From Eledone cirrhosa (taxonomy: Eukaryota): 64,000 nucleotides of DNA. The stretch spans positions 332,816,001 to 332,880,000 of the forward strand of contig OZ024743.1 of the NCBI GenBank assembly GCA_964016885.1, in the 5' to 3' direction. Position numbers and translations under genes: made by a program. Of the stretch, positions 24,994-38,205 are shown in pieces; the stretch's first letter is position 1; each line of letters begins with the position of its first letter. The notes under the pieces are model-generated. The model ran no database searches. It saw nothing but the letters and a program-made list of their open reading frames with translations, and was not told where the DNA came from.

Positions 24994-25095
24994 TTATGAG
25001 CCATCATAACAGGAACACTTCCATATAAAGCCATTGGGTTATATAATTCATATTCAAACACATCCAAGTTGTACAGCCGATAGGGATCGGTGCTT
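24994..25095 (-). CDS. GANAB: GANAB-like exon 6 ([34 protein letters not shown])
   Basis: [24 protein letters not shown] is essentially the glucosidase II alpha sequence; ttacAG / AA|GTATGT; phase 2-2. Confidence 0.97.
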
Positions 25096-25184
25096 CTGTA
25101 AAATACAAAATAAATAAATTTAATTTATTATAAATATGAAATCAATTGTTTCTACTAACTACTACTTTTGAAAACAAATTGTGA

Positions 25185-25635
25185 AATAAGGTGGTTGTGT
25201 TAGTGTCATGACAAAATGTGCCCAGGCCACACCATAAAGTGGTCATGAAGATGTTACAACAAAAAGCATCCAGTTCACACTGTAAAGTGTTGGAGACATG
25301 ATAAAATACACACAGCCCATTCTGCAAAGTTGTAATGCTGGGACCACAAAATCCACCCAGTGCATTCAGTAAAGTGGTAGTGTTGGTGACATTATAAAAT
25401 ACACACAGCCCACTCTGTAAAGTTGTAATGCTGGGGTCAGGATAAAATGCACCCAGTACCCCCTGGAAAGTGATTGACATTATGAAGTGTACTCAGCCAT
25501 AGAAACCGTGCCAAATACGAGATATATGAACATGATGAGGTTGTTCAAACCAATCTAGTCTCAAACCTTGACAAATCAGCCAACCCATACTAGCAGGGAA
25601 AACAAATGTAAAATAATGATGGTGATGATGATGAA
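25185..25635 (+). mobile_element. Old RTE/SINE-tail-related element with about 6 degenerate 45-49-bp internal subrepeats
   Basis: Repeated AAAATRCACMCAG.CCAC.CTGTAAAGT.GT motif followed by CAGCCATAGAAA...AACCCAT.CTAGCA.GGAAAA and (TGA)n. Confidence 0.6.
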
Positions 25636-26311
25636 ATATACTTCTAAATCAGGGTCTGATATTTGTTTGTTCATTTATAATTCTTAAAATTATGTCAAAA
25701 TGGCTGGATGGCAGAAACATGCCAATCAAAACTGGGCACTTTCAAAGACAGCCAATTCTCTGAATTTCTGGTACCTGGATACATAGCTTGGTACCCTTCG
25801 GGGCTACAATAAATGCATCCAGTATACACTGTAAGGTGGTTGGTGATAGGATGGGCACCCAGCTATAGAAAGCTTGTCAAACAAAGGGTCATAAGGACAC
25901 TTCAGTTGTGTCAAAAACATGACAATCTCCCTAATTATGGTGCCATGATAAAATGCACCTGGTGCAGTCTGTAGAATGCAGAACTGTTTGTAAGCAAGAT
26001 GGCTCCTCAAATTAATTTCAGAGATCAGTAGCAACAACCAATCCAACCCTTGCTAGCAAGGAAAATGGACATTAAATGAAGAATGACGATTTTTCAACCA
26101 CCAAGTAATATATTTCTGTCTTTAAGCTTTAACATTTTGTAATGATTTAGTAAAAGTTATTTAAAAACAGGTCTGTTAATTCACAGTGCTGTTTTGTACT
26201 TTTCAAGGATACTAATGTGGTTTCATATGGTACAGGATGTTAAGAGTTAAATAAAGATTACATCTCTGTTAATGTAAAATTCATGATAAAAGTGGTAAAA
26301 ATGACACATAC

Positions 26312-26408
26312 TTTGTAGATTTTAGTGCAAAGCTGTCAGCATGTTCTGGAATGCCATAAACATGTTCAAAGCCAGGGAATGAAATGTCAATACCAACTGA
26401 TGTTGGGC
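26312..26408 (-). CDS. GANAB: GANAB-like exon 5 ([32 protein letters not shown])
   Basis: [20 protein letters not shown] motif; gtacAG / AA|GTATGT; phase 1-2. Confidence 0.97.
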
Positions 26409-26839
26409 CTGTACAATAAAGAATACAACAATTTTAGAGCCACAAATACTTTAAAGTTGGTCAAACTAAGTAGATAACATTAACCTTTTAGATAAAAACC
26501 AGCCCCAATTCTCTGATGACAAACTCTTGTTTTAAAGTATTCAAATAAAAAATAACATTATAGAAGAATATCTTTAAGCTATCGATTATACCACACCAGT
26601 GTATATTAGCAACCTCGATTAATGCTGTGTATTTTGAATGTAGTTAGTTTGTGTCTTGGTTATGTTGGATGGTGTTGTGGTTGTTGTTGTTGCTATGATT
26701 GTATTGTATACAGCAATATCAGTGCTGGAGGTTGGGATTTTAACAGAACGATAATGAAGGAAACTTTCAGTTTTCTGTTGTGATCCAAGTTATGTTTATG
26801 TGAGGTCTTGGTGAGAGAGAGAGAGAGATTTGTACCAAG

Positions 26840-27148
26840 ACGACCCGACCCCCCACGGGTACAAGCCGAAGCTGAAGCATATAGACAATATGCTTCCACA
26901 CCCTCCCACTGCAAAGTGGTCGTGGAGGTGCCACGGAAAAAAAGCACCCAGCCCACACTGTAAATGAGGTTGGTGTTAGGAAGAGCATCCAGCTGTAGAA
27001 ATCAAGCCAAATCAGTTCCTGTATGAGCAAGACAAGGTCAGCCGACCGGACACTGCCCACAACAGGACAACCCGTCTAACCCATGCTAACATGGAAGAAC
27101 GGACGTAAAACGGTGATGATGATGATGATGATGATCATGATGATGATA
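26840..27148 (+). mobile_element. RTE subfamily A 3' UTR fragment with (TGA)n tail
   Basis: Matches 49460-49773. Confidence 0.85.
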
Positions 27149-27744
27149 AGGGAGATGATTGCCAGCATATGTAAGTTGGTGAAATTTACTATAGACAGAA
27201 TTTTGTTGGTGCCATGAAAAATAAACCCAGTAGACACTACCCTAAATAAACCCAGTAGACCCTACCCTATAAAGTAGATGGTGGCAGGAAGGGCATCAAT
27301 TGTGTCAAGATTACAACAACCTCTCTAGTGTTGGTGACAGGATAAATGCATCCAGGACACACTGTAAAGTTGTTAAGAAGGGCATCCAGTCATAGAAAAC
27401 TTGCCAAACAAAAGGTTGAGAAGACTCTTCTCTAATGTCAAAGATATGACAATAACCTTAGTAGTGTTCCATGATAAAATGTATGGTGCACTCAGTAAAA
27501 TGTGAGAAAGTATGTAAGCAAGATGTAGCTTAATCAAAGCTACTGAGAGGTCAGTAGCTTTGCTTAAGTACTGATTTGTGAAGACCCATCCAACCCTTGT
27601 TAGCAGGGAAAACTGACATTAAATGTTTTTCCTTTCTTTTTGTCCCCTTTAATAGTGTTTTGTTTTTGTATAAACAGCTTTGTAAAATAAAATGAAACAA
27701 TTCTTCCCTTGAAAAATCAACAACAAAAACTAAACTTGAATTAC

Positions 27745-27835
27745 CATTTGGTTTAGAATCAGTGAAAGACTTGTAAGTTTCCTCCCACATGTCTGGTTCC
27801 TCGGGTTCAGATTTGGTTTCCTCTTGTACAGTTTC
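27745..27835 (-). CDS. GANAB: GANAB-like exon 4 (ETVQEETKSEPEEPDMWEETYKSFTDSKPNG)
   Basis: EP..WEET.K...DSKP.G motif; ttttAG / G|GTAATT; phase 0-1. Confidence 0.95.
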
Positions 27836-28229
27836 CTAAAAGTAAATTACAAAAGAATCACATTAGTATTTTCAAATTAAGCCAACCTACCAGTGGTCGC
27901 AATAGTAGTAATAGTAATAACAAGGGAATGCAATCATATGCATGCACACATCTCACCAGTTTTAAATACACTTCCTCATATATTGTGGGTTGGGCAGGTT
28001 TTGACATTCAAGGATGATATGCAGTAATGTTCCATGCATATCAATCCTGAATCAAACTGCATGCAGTTTTGGGTGATTTTGTTTTGTTCTAACCAAATGC
28101 TTAACATAGGATAAACTGTTGTAATGGAGTCAGCTAAGCTTGTTTATTAGGATTTGTCTTTGAAAAGGTGTCTTCTATACTTCAGAACCTTCTCCATATC
28201 ATTATTGTTAAATCTGGCCCAACACCAGA

Positions 28230-28845
28230 AGCGCCAGTTTCCTTGGCATTAAGTGGCTGGGAATACATAACACGAGTCCATTGAAGGGTTAACCTCCAGT
28301 TGCTACCCATTTTGTTGGTACTCATTTTCAGTGGAGTGGAGATCATGAAATGAAGTGTCTTGCTCAAGAACACAACACACTACTGATTCCAAGAATCGAA
28401 GCCATGACAATATGATCATTAGCCCTACACCTTAACAACTAGGTCAGCTTAACTACCTTCAGCTCCTTATTAGGGTGGAATAAACTCTAGCACACCACAA
28501 TCACAATACACAGTACCAATGAAGGAAACCAATGTATATCATAAAATGTGTCACATTTGGCTACTAACCTCTTGATCTGGGTTACAAGATGCCAAATTAA
28601 TGTGCAAATGGCTGAGCATTCCACTAACATGAGCACCCTTAATGTAGTTCTCATTGAAACTCAGCATGACAGTGTGACAAGGCTGGCTCATTGAATTACA
28701 AACACCATTTTTTTCCAACTGAGTAGATTGGAGCAATGTGAAGTAAAGTGTTTTGCTCAAAGACACAATGTGCTAGCAGGAGTCAAACTCCTGTCCTTAC
28801 TATCACAAGCTGAACACCCAAGCCACTAAGCTACACTCCTTCAGT
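28230..28845 (-). mobile_element. Two older CORE-type SINE copies (about 28230-28460 and 28560-28845)
   Basis: AAGTGT.TTGCTCAA.ACACAA CORE-like segments plus degraded tRNA-like heads. Confidence 0.6.
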
Positions 28846-29087
28846 AAGATTACGGAAATAAATATAATTAATATATAAGAATACTCATTGTTGGGGGTGG
28901 AGAGTTTAATGTGCAAGAATGTAGGATGTAGGAATACACCATAGTGGAGTAATCATGTTGTCTAAAAGAGGAGAGATCTATTACAGTTAACCTCAAATGT
29001 TTTTGTAATTTTGCAAGTGCATAAATATATGTGAATTTCCAAGTATAACAGAGTCCCTTCATCATTCTAAATAATCTATTATCTTAC

Positions 29088-29145
29088 CTTGTTCTCTTCA
29101 TGAGATTCACCCCCTTCTTGTGGAGGCTCAGCAGGGTTGGCATCT
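29088..29145 (-). CDS. GANAB: GANAB-like exon 3, acidic low-complexity linker (PDANPAEPPQEGGESHEENK)
   Basis: tttcAG / AAG|GTAAGA; phase 2-0 is exactly what is needed to join exons 2 and 4; composition resembles the acidic insert of glucosidase II alpha. Sequence conservation is low. Confidence 0.82.
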
Positions 29146-29339
29146 CTGAAAGGGGTTGAAAACCAAGAATTTACATAGGAGCCAATCCTAGACAACACCC
29201 CCCTACAAAGGGAACAAATGTGCAGTCATTTGTATTGCCTACAACAGCTGCAATAGCAGTTATTTTAACAATAGACACAGACATTACCAAATGATTTGTT
29301 TTAAAGTTCAATAATTAATTAGTAACATTATTTGTTGAA

Positions 29340-32300
29340 TTAACAGAGAGTATACAATTAACATCCCCTGACAGCTAGGATTGACAGAAAGTGTACTATT
29401 AACATCCCCCGACATCTAGGATTGACAGAAAGTATACTATTAACATCCCCTGACAGCTAGGATTGACAGAAAGTGTACTATTAACATCCCCCGACATCTA
29501 GGATTGACAGAAAGTATACTATTAACATCCCCTGACAGCTAGGATTGACAGAAAGTGAACTATTAACATCCCCCGACATCTAGGATTGACAGAAAGTATA
29601 CTATTAACATCCTCCCACATCTAGGAATGACAGAAAGTATACTATTAACATCCCCTGACATCTAGGAATGACAGAAAGTGTACTATTAACATCCCCCGAC
29701 ATCTAGGATTGACAGAAAGTATACTATTAACATCCTCCCACATCTAGGAATGACAGAAAGTATACTATTAACATCCTCCCACATCTAGGAATGACAGAAA
29801 GTATACTATTAACATCCCCTGACATCTAGGATTGACAGAAAGTGTACTATTAACATCCCCCGACATCTAGGATTGACAGAAAGTATACTATTAACATCCT
29901 CCCACATCTAGGAATGACAGAAAGTATACTATTAACATCCCCTGACATCTAGGATTGACAGAAAGTGTACTATTAACATCCCCCGACATCTAGGATTGAC
30001 AGAAAGTATACTATTAACATCCTCCCACATCTAGGAATGACAGAAAGTATACTATTAACATCCCCTGACATCTAGGAATGACAGAAAGTGTACTATTAAC
30101 ATCCCCCGACATCTAGGATTGACAGAAAGTGTACTATTAACATCCCCCGACATCTAGGATTGACAGAAAGTATACTATTAACATCCTCCCACATCTAGGA
30201 ATGACAGAAAGTATACTATTAACATCCCCTGACATCTAGGAATGACAGAAAGTGTACTATTAACATACCCCGACATCTAGGATTGACAGAAAGTGTACTA
30301 TTAACATCCCCCGACATCTAGGTTTGACAGAAAGTATACTATTAACATCCCCTGACATCTAGGAATGACAGAAAGTGTACTATTAACATCCCCCGACATC
30401 TAGGATTGACAGAAAGTGTACTATTAACATCCCCTGACAGCTAGGATTGACAGAAAGTGTACTATTAACATCCCCCGACAGCTAGGATTGACAGAAAGTA
30501 TACTATTAACATCCTCCCACATCTAGGATTGACAGAAAGTGTACTATTAACATCCTCCCACATCTAGGAATGACAGAAAGTATACTATTAACATCCCCTG
30601 ACATCTAGGAATGACAGAAAGTGTACTATTAACGTCCCCCGACAGCTAGGATTGACAGAAAGTATACTATTAACATCCTCCCACATCTAGGTTTGACAGA
30701 AAGTATACTATTAACGTCCCCTGACATCTAGGAATGACAGAAAGTGTACTATTAACATCCTCCCACATCTAGGTTTGACAGAAAGTGTACTATTAACATA
30801 CCCCCACATCTAGGAATGACAGAAAGTATACTATTAACATCCTCCCACATCTAGGAATGACAGAAAGTATACTATTAACATCCCCTGACATCTAGGAATG
30901 ACAGAAAGTGTACTATTAACGTCCCCCGACAGCTAGGATTGACAGAAAGTATACTATTAACATCCTCCCACATCTAGGATTGACAGAAAGTATACTATTA
31001 ACATCCTCCCACATCTAGGAATGACAGAAAGTATACTATTAACATCCCCTGACATCTAGGAATGACAGAAAGTGTACTATTAACGTCCCCTGACATCTAG
31101 GATTGACAGAAAGTATACTATTAACATCCCCTGACATCTAGGAATGACAGAAAGTGTACTATTAACATCCCTCGACAGCTAGGATTGACAGAAAGTGTAC
31201 TATTAACATACCCCCACATCTAGGAATGACAGAAAGTGTACTATTAACATACCCCCACATCTAGGTTTGACAGAAAGTATACTATTAACATCCCCTGACA
31301 GCTAGGATTGACAGAAAGTGTACTATTAACATACCCCGACATCTAGGTTTGACAGAAAGTATACTATTAACATCCTCCCACATCTAGGTTTGACAGAAAG
31401 TATACTATTAACATCCCCTGACATCTAGGAATGACAGAAAGTGTACTATTAACATCCCCCGACATCTAGGTTTGACAGAAAGTGTACTATTAACATCCCC
31501 CGACATCTAGGAATGACAGAAAGTGTACTATTAACGTCCCCCGACAGCTAGGATTGACAGAAAGTGTACTATTAACATCCCCTGACATCTAGGAATGACA
31601 GAAAGTGTACTATTAACATCCCCCGACAGCTAGGATTGACAGAAAGTATACTATTAACATCCCCCGACATCTAGGATTGACAGAAAGTATACTATTAACA
31701 TCCTCCCACATCTAGGTTTGACAGAAAGTATACTATTAACGTCCCCTGACATCTAGGAATGACAGAAAGTGTACTATTAACGTCCCCCGACAGCTAGGAT
31801 TGACAGAAAGTGTACTATTAACATACCCCCACATCTAGGTTTGACAGAAAGTATACTATTAACATCCCCTGACATCTAGGAATGACAGAAAATGTACTAT
31901 TAACATCCCCTGACAGCTAGGATTGACAGAAAGTGTACTATTAACATACCCACACATCTAGGTTTGACAGAAAGTGTACTATTAACATCCCCTGACATCT
32001 AGGAATGACAGAAAGTGTACTATTAACATCCCCTGACAGCTAGGATTGACAGAAAGTGTACTATTAACATACCCCCACATCTAGGTTTGACAGAAAGTGT
32101 ACTATTAACATCCCCTGACATCTAGGAATGACAGAAAGTGTACTATTAACATCCCCTGACATCTAAGATTGACAGAAAGTATACTATTAACATCCCCCGA
32201 CATCTAAGATTAACAGAAAGTGTGTCATTAACAACCTCTGACATCTAATATTGACAGAAAGTGTGTCATTAACAACCTCTGTCATCTAATATTGACAGAA

Positions 32301-34472
32301 AGTGTGTCATTAACAACCTCTAACATCTAATATTGACAGAAAGTGTGTCATTAACAACCTCTGTCATCTAATATTGACAGAAAGTGTGTCATTAACAACC
32401 TCTGTCATCTAATATTGACAGAAAGTGTGTCATTAACAACCTCTGTCATCTAATATTGACAGAAAGTGTGTCATTAACAACCTCTGACATCTAATATTGA
32501 CAGAAAGTGTGTCATTAACAACCTCTGTCATCTAATATTGACAGAAAGTGTGTCATTAACAACCTCTGTCATCTAATATTGACAGAAAGTGTGTCATTAA
32601 CAACCTCTGTCATCTAATATTGACAGAAAGTGTGTCATTAACAACCTCTGTCATCTAATATTGACAGAAAGTGTGTCATTAACAACCTCTGACATCTAAT
32701 ATTGACAGAAAGTGTGTCATTAACAACTTCTGACATCTAATATTGACAGAAAGTGTGTCATTAACAACCTCTGTCATCTAATATTGACAGAAAGTGTGTC
32801 ATTAACAACCTCTGACATCTAATATTGACAGAAAGTGTGTCATTAACAACCTCTGACATCTAATATTGACAGAAAGTGTGTCATTAACAACCTCTGTCAT
32901 CTAATATTGACAGAAAGTGTGTCATTAACAACCTCTGTCATCTAATATTGACAGAAAGTGTGTCATTAACAACCTCTGTCATCTAATATTGACAGAAAGT
33001 GTATCATTAACAACCTCTGACATCTAATATTGACAGAAAGTGTGTCATTAACAACCTCTGTCATCTAATATTGACAGAAAGTGTGTCATTAACAACCTTT
33101 GACATCTAATATTGACAGAAAGTGTGTCATTAACAACCTCTGTCATCTAATATTGACAGAAAGTGTGTCATTAACAACCTCTGACATCTAATATTGAGAG
33201 AAAGTGTGTCATTAACAACCTCTGACATCTAATATTGACAGAAAGTGTGTCATTAACAACCTCTGACATCTAATATTGACAGAAAGTGTGTCATTAACAA
33301 CCTCTGTCATCTAATATTGACAGAAAGTGTGTCATTAACAACCTCTGACATCTAATATTGACAGAAAGTGTGTCATTAACAACCTCTGACATCTAATATT
33401 GACAGAAAGTGTGTCATTAACAACCTCTGACATCTAATATTGACAGAAAGTGTGTCATTAACAACCTCTGTCATCTAATATTGACAGAAAGTCTGTCATT
33501 AACAACCTTTGACATCTAATATTGACAGAAAGTGTGTCATTAACAACCTCTGACATCTAATATTGACAGAAAGTGTGTCATTAACAACCTCTGTCATCTA
33601 ATATTGACAGAAAGTGTGTCATTAACAACCTCTGACATCTAATATTGACAGAAAGTGTCTCATTAACAACCTCTGACATCTAATATTGACAGAAAGTGTG
33701 TCATTAACAACCTCTGACATCTAATATTGACAGAAAGTGTGTCATTAACAACCTCTGTCATCTAATATTGACAGAAAGTGTGTCATTAACAACCTCTGTC
33801 ATCTAATATTGACAGAAAGTGTGTCATTAACAACCTCTGACATCTAATATTGACAGAAAGTGTGTCATTAACAACCTCTGGCATCTAATATTGACAGAAA
33901 GTGTGTCATTAACAACCTCTGACATCTAATATTGACAGAAAGTGTGTCATTAACAACCTCTGACATCTAATATTGACAGAAAGTGTGTCATTAACAACCT
34001 CTGTCATCTAATATTGACAGAAAGTGTGTCATTAACAACCTTTGACATCTAATATTGACAGAAAGTGTGTCATTAACAACCTCTGTCATCTAATATTGAC
34101 AGAAAGTGTGTCATTAACAACCTCTGACATCTAATATTGACAGAAAGTGTGTTATTAACAACCTCTGACATCTAATATTGACAGAAAGTGTGTCATTAAC
34201 AACCTCTGACATCTAATATTGACAGAAAGTGTGTCATTAACAACCTCTGTCATCTAATATTGACAGAAAGTGTGTCATTAACAACCTTTGACATCTAATA
34301 TTGACAGAAAGTGTGTCATTAACAACCTCTGACATCTAATATTGACAGAAAGTGTGTCATTAACAACCTCTGGCATCTAATATTGACAGAAAGTGTGTCA
34401 TTAACAACCTCTGACATCTAATATTGACAGAAAGTGTGTCATTAACAACCCCTGTCATCTAGGATTAACAGA
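29340..34472. repeat. Satellite 3: 41-bp tandem array with two domains (A about 29340-32210 GACAGAAAGTRTACTATTAACATCCCCYGACATCTAGGATT; B about 32210-34472 GACAGAAAGTGTGTCATTAACAACCTCTGWCATCTAATATT)
   Basis: Period 41 (e.g. GACAGAAA at 29383 and 29424); about 70 A units then about 55 B units. Confidence 0.97.
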
Positions 34473-34722
34473 AAATTTCTGTCCCTGTATTCTTTCAAGG
34501 CTTTTTGAAACTGCTGTAAAGAAAGGAAGACAGACAGTATTTTCAAATACTTGCAACTGAGTGAATTCTGCTAAAAACACTCAAGCTACCAGATGGTGGT
34601 GTTAAACTTGGCAATGGATTACATCTACCACCTAAAAACTCAGACAGTTAAGAGCTGAAACATATACCACAAAGTATCTCATAACAATCCTGTCAATCCA
34701 ATGCTTTGGATTTGTATTTTAA

Positions 34723-34949
34723 CCCTTTAGTTACCAACCCAGCCAAAACTGGCTCTGGTCTATGAAATAATACCATTCACTTCAAAGGTTTCCAATTTAA
34801 ATTTAAATCTTCCAACATAATTTTATATAAGAACCTTACATTAAGTTACTATTTTAGTAATGAAATAATTAATAATTTTAGTAAATCCCTCGAAATTCTT
34901 CTATAATTAAAATAGAGTGTACTTCATTAGAAATGTGGTCATGAAAGGG
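34723..34949. mobile_element. piggyBac-like MITE (227 bp)
   Basis: TTAA on both sides (34719-22, 34950-53), imperfect TIR CCCTTT..T.ACCA; related partial copies near 12890, 14872, 37166, 41320-41735, 51685 and 60685. Confidence 0.7.
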
Positions 34950-35069
34950 TTAACAATTTATTGACCCTAAAATGACGAAAAGCAAAGTTGGCCTCGACAG
35001 AATTTGAACTCAGAGCACAAGGAACTGTAACAAAGTATTTTGACTTACAGTCTAAAAAGTTTAATGTCT

Positions 35070-35347
35070 GTCTCAAGCCTGGCAGATCATCAGGTTGGTG
35101 ATTATTCTGGTTTCGATCGTGTTAAACAACTGAGAGTACAAGACTCCCCCATCCTGGGCAGGAGGCCAGTCCATTGAAGGGTTAAACCCCCCAGATACTG
35201 CTGGTATACATTTTCAGTTGAGTATAGTAGAGCAACGTAAAATAAAATGTTTTGTCAAGAGCACAACACACAACCCAGTCCAGGTATCGAACCCATGACA
35301 TTTCGATCTTAAGTCCAACACCCTTACCACTAGGCCACGTCCCTTCA
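35070..35347 (-). mobile_element. Older tRNA-derived CORE-type SINE with a different 3' part
   Basis: Reverse complement has TGGCCTAGTGG A box and GGTTCGATACC B box, then a CORE-like segment; related to 42960-43240. Confidence 0.7.
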
Positions 35348-36029
35348 TTGAAAGACTCTGCAAATTCACAACAGATGTAAGCCTGCATAATTTGTTTACG
35401 TAAGATTACTATACTTGTTCACATGAAGAAAATTCTTCGTTAAAACTGGGTAATTTTACTAACAGGCAACTAATTACTTGTTAATCTCAAGGAATGAAAA
35501 GATTAGAAATGTATGAGCAAGATGTATTTCTCTAACCTTTTCTAGTCTTGGCCCATGATGACCTGTCAAACCCATACCAGCACGGAAAATAGACATAAAA
35601 TGATCGTTGTATTTCACAAACCAACGTATTTATAACATTACCATTAAAAGTTGTGATAATTATTCCAGACTAATAAGTATTGTTTGGAAATTAAACAATA
35701 GAATAGATTGAAAGCTAAAACAAATCATTTTGTAATTTTTTTTTTTTTTGTATTTCAAAAGTAACAATTTTAATACACTGTTAATAAAAATTTTTCAATA
35801 AATTCTTTAGCATTCAAAATTGTACTAACAAGAAAAAAACCCCCAAAACTCTCCAAGTCAGTCAATTATTTTATAGTTTTAAAGAATTAGTGGTCAAATT
35901 GAGAAGGTGATTAGCCTAACAGCTGTTTAATCTTAGGTTTGTGTTCTATTACAACTGGAGCTATATTAAGCTTTGTTCCAGAGCAGGAAATAATAAACTG
36001 ATTATCTGACTTAGTAGTAATAATTGTTT

Positions 36030-36200
36030 CTACGTTTGGCACAAGGCCAGCAATTACCAGTGCATTACTGGTACTTTACTTTATCGACCCCGTAAGGATG
36101 AAAGGCAAAGTTAACCTCGGCGGGATTTGAACTCAGAATGCAAGGGCCGTAACTCTATGCGTCAAAGCATGGCGTCCGACCCTCTACCGATACTGCCCTG
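36030..36200 (-). mobile_element. Second SINE family (central motif ACTTTGCCTTTCATCCTT.CGGGGTCGATAAA...AGTACCAG, resembling Meta/MESC-type SINE domains)
   Basis: B box GAGTTCAAATCC on minus strand; related copies at about 37325-37470(+), 40265-40415(+), 40605-40730(-), 42195-42400(-) and 63280-63375(-). Domain assignment is from memory, not a search. Confidence 0.65.
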
Positions 36201-36714
36201 ATTGTCTTATCAAGTGCTGAAGATCAAGATGAATATATATCAAATTATACCAACCCCATAAAAGCATTGATAATTAAACAGGTTCATAACTACACCAATT
36301 TAGTGATTAAACAGATTTAAAGATCTATCACATCAAGAATTTTTGTTTTCTGTTAAACACAGGCATTTTGTAGCCATTTTTTCCTGTTAACCAAAGGTTA
36401 GCCTTACAGGGTCCCATAACAATTCGTAACTATTCTGGAGTTTTTTGTAAGCCAATGTTTTATAGCGAGATGCCCTTCCTGGCACTAACCTTTTTCTGTT
36501 ACCTCTTCTGACGTATGGGGACACGGCCTACCTATTCTAAACTTGTAACAGCATGTTCTCCTCAATATAGTGTTAAGTTAAAAATATAAACAATTCTAGA
36601 GAGAAAAGTCAAAGAGGTTCACTGCAAAGATTTGAACCCTAGATCCATCTGTTGCTAGGTGGCAACCATGTTACCAATTATACTACAGAGCCTCAACCAT
36701 CCCAGCTTCTTGCA

Positions 36715-36985
36715 TTCTTCTTCGCCCACTTATTCCTGAGAGGGTTGTAGGGGCAGAGTCCTTAATCACTCCTTCCAGTGGATCCTATCAGAAGCAACTG
36801 TCTCCAACTGATCCAGCTGGATCCCCAAGCTCACAGATGTTATCCAACCATCTTGCTCGGGGTCTACTCCTGGGTCTCCTGCCAGTTGCTTTTGCTCGTA
36901 AAATCTGTCCAGTGATTCTTTCCTGAGACATTCTAACCACATGTCCATAATATCAGATCTGTGATCTCTCAATTCAGAGTGATAC
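36715..36985 (-). mobile_element. Old RTE-clade (Expander/Rex3-like) LINE 3' fragment
   Basis: Similar to 14205-14425, 49890-50240 and 51300-51680. Confidence 0.6.
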
Positions 36986-37946
36986 TACCAAGAGTGATAC
37001 TATCACTGATATTTTAACTGTAGTAATATATTTCTATAACACTAGTACTTCAGTTACTTAGCACTAGTAGGATGGACTATTTTACTAATGTACAACATAG
37101 TAAAATGTCCTACTTTAGTTCAATGTTTGTGACAAGAAATAAACCCAGGAATCAAACTGAATAATTTAACCCTTTTCATACCAACCCACCCAAAAACTGT
37201 CTCTGGTTCTATGAAACAAAACAACCCATTTTAAAGTATTTCTATTTATATTAAAACCTTTCAACATAAATTCATATATAAGACCCATGCTAACGTGGAA
37301 AATGGACGTTAAACGATGACAAATAGACACCGAATTGGTAGAGAGAGTTGTTAAAACATCAGATAGAATGCTTCATAGTATTTCTTTTGAGTTTAGCTCT
37401 CATTAAGGTCAACACTACCTTTCATCCTTCCGAGGTCAATAAATAAAGAACCAGCTCAATATTGGGGGTGATATTTCCTCTATCTCCCTTATTTCCTATT
37501 TCTCTCTACCTTTCTCTGAAAGAAATCCTGTGTGTTCCAACCTTGAGAGGAATGGGCTCCCCACAACATGATGGCACTCCCACGACACCAAGTGTTCAGT
37601 GGCATTGCATGCATGTACAAATACCATGGTTCAAATCTTATCAGTGAACCTGTTTCACTTTTGTGCTTGATTATAATGTCTAATGTCAAAGGTTATGTTT
37701 TATTTAAATAGTTGACTGATTAAATCACAGTATTGTAAATTTATAGTCTGATATATATATGTCATACACACAAACATAGCTAAGTACGAGTATTTAATGC
37801 ATAGTGGGATCCTAAAATGGGAGGTAGGTGAATTAAATGGCTGCACAAATAATAGCAGGAAGCTATGTAAAGGGGAGAGAGAAGATAGAAAAATAAAATA
37901 TAATATATAAATAAAAAATACTTAACAAAAATTGTGTAGGTGTCAC

Positions 37947-38205
37947 AACAAAAAGCTCCCAGTCCACACTGTAAAGTTGTCATGTAGGTGTCGCGACAAA
38001 AAAGCTCCCAGCCCACACTGTAAATGTGGTTGGCATTAGGAAGGGCATGCAGCCATAGAAACCAAGCCATATAGAACTGTTTCTGACTTGGTTTTTGTGG
38101 CTGGATGCCCTTCCTAATGCTAACCACATTTATAGTGTGGGCCAGAAGCTTTTTATCCTCACACCTACATGAGCACTTTACAGTGTGAACTGGGAGCTTT
38201 TTGTT
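37947..38205. repeat. Fold-back (palindromic) element built from RTE/SINE 3'-tail sequence; arms about 120 bp, loop about 20 nt
   Basis: AACAAAAAGCTCCCAGTCCACACTGTAAAGT...GGAAGGGCATGCAGCCA mirrored by TGGCTGGATGCCCTTCC...ACTTTACAGTGTGAACTGGGAGCTTTTTGTT. Confidence 0.85.

Noticed and set aside
22219-34472. CRISPR-like appearance of the regular arrays
   Set aside because: No unique spacers, no cas genes, and a spliceosomal-intron context.
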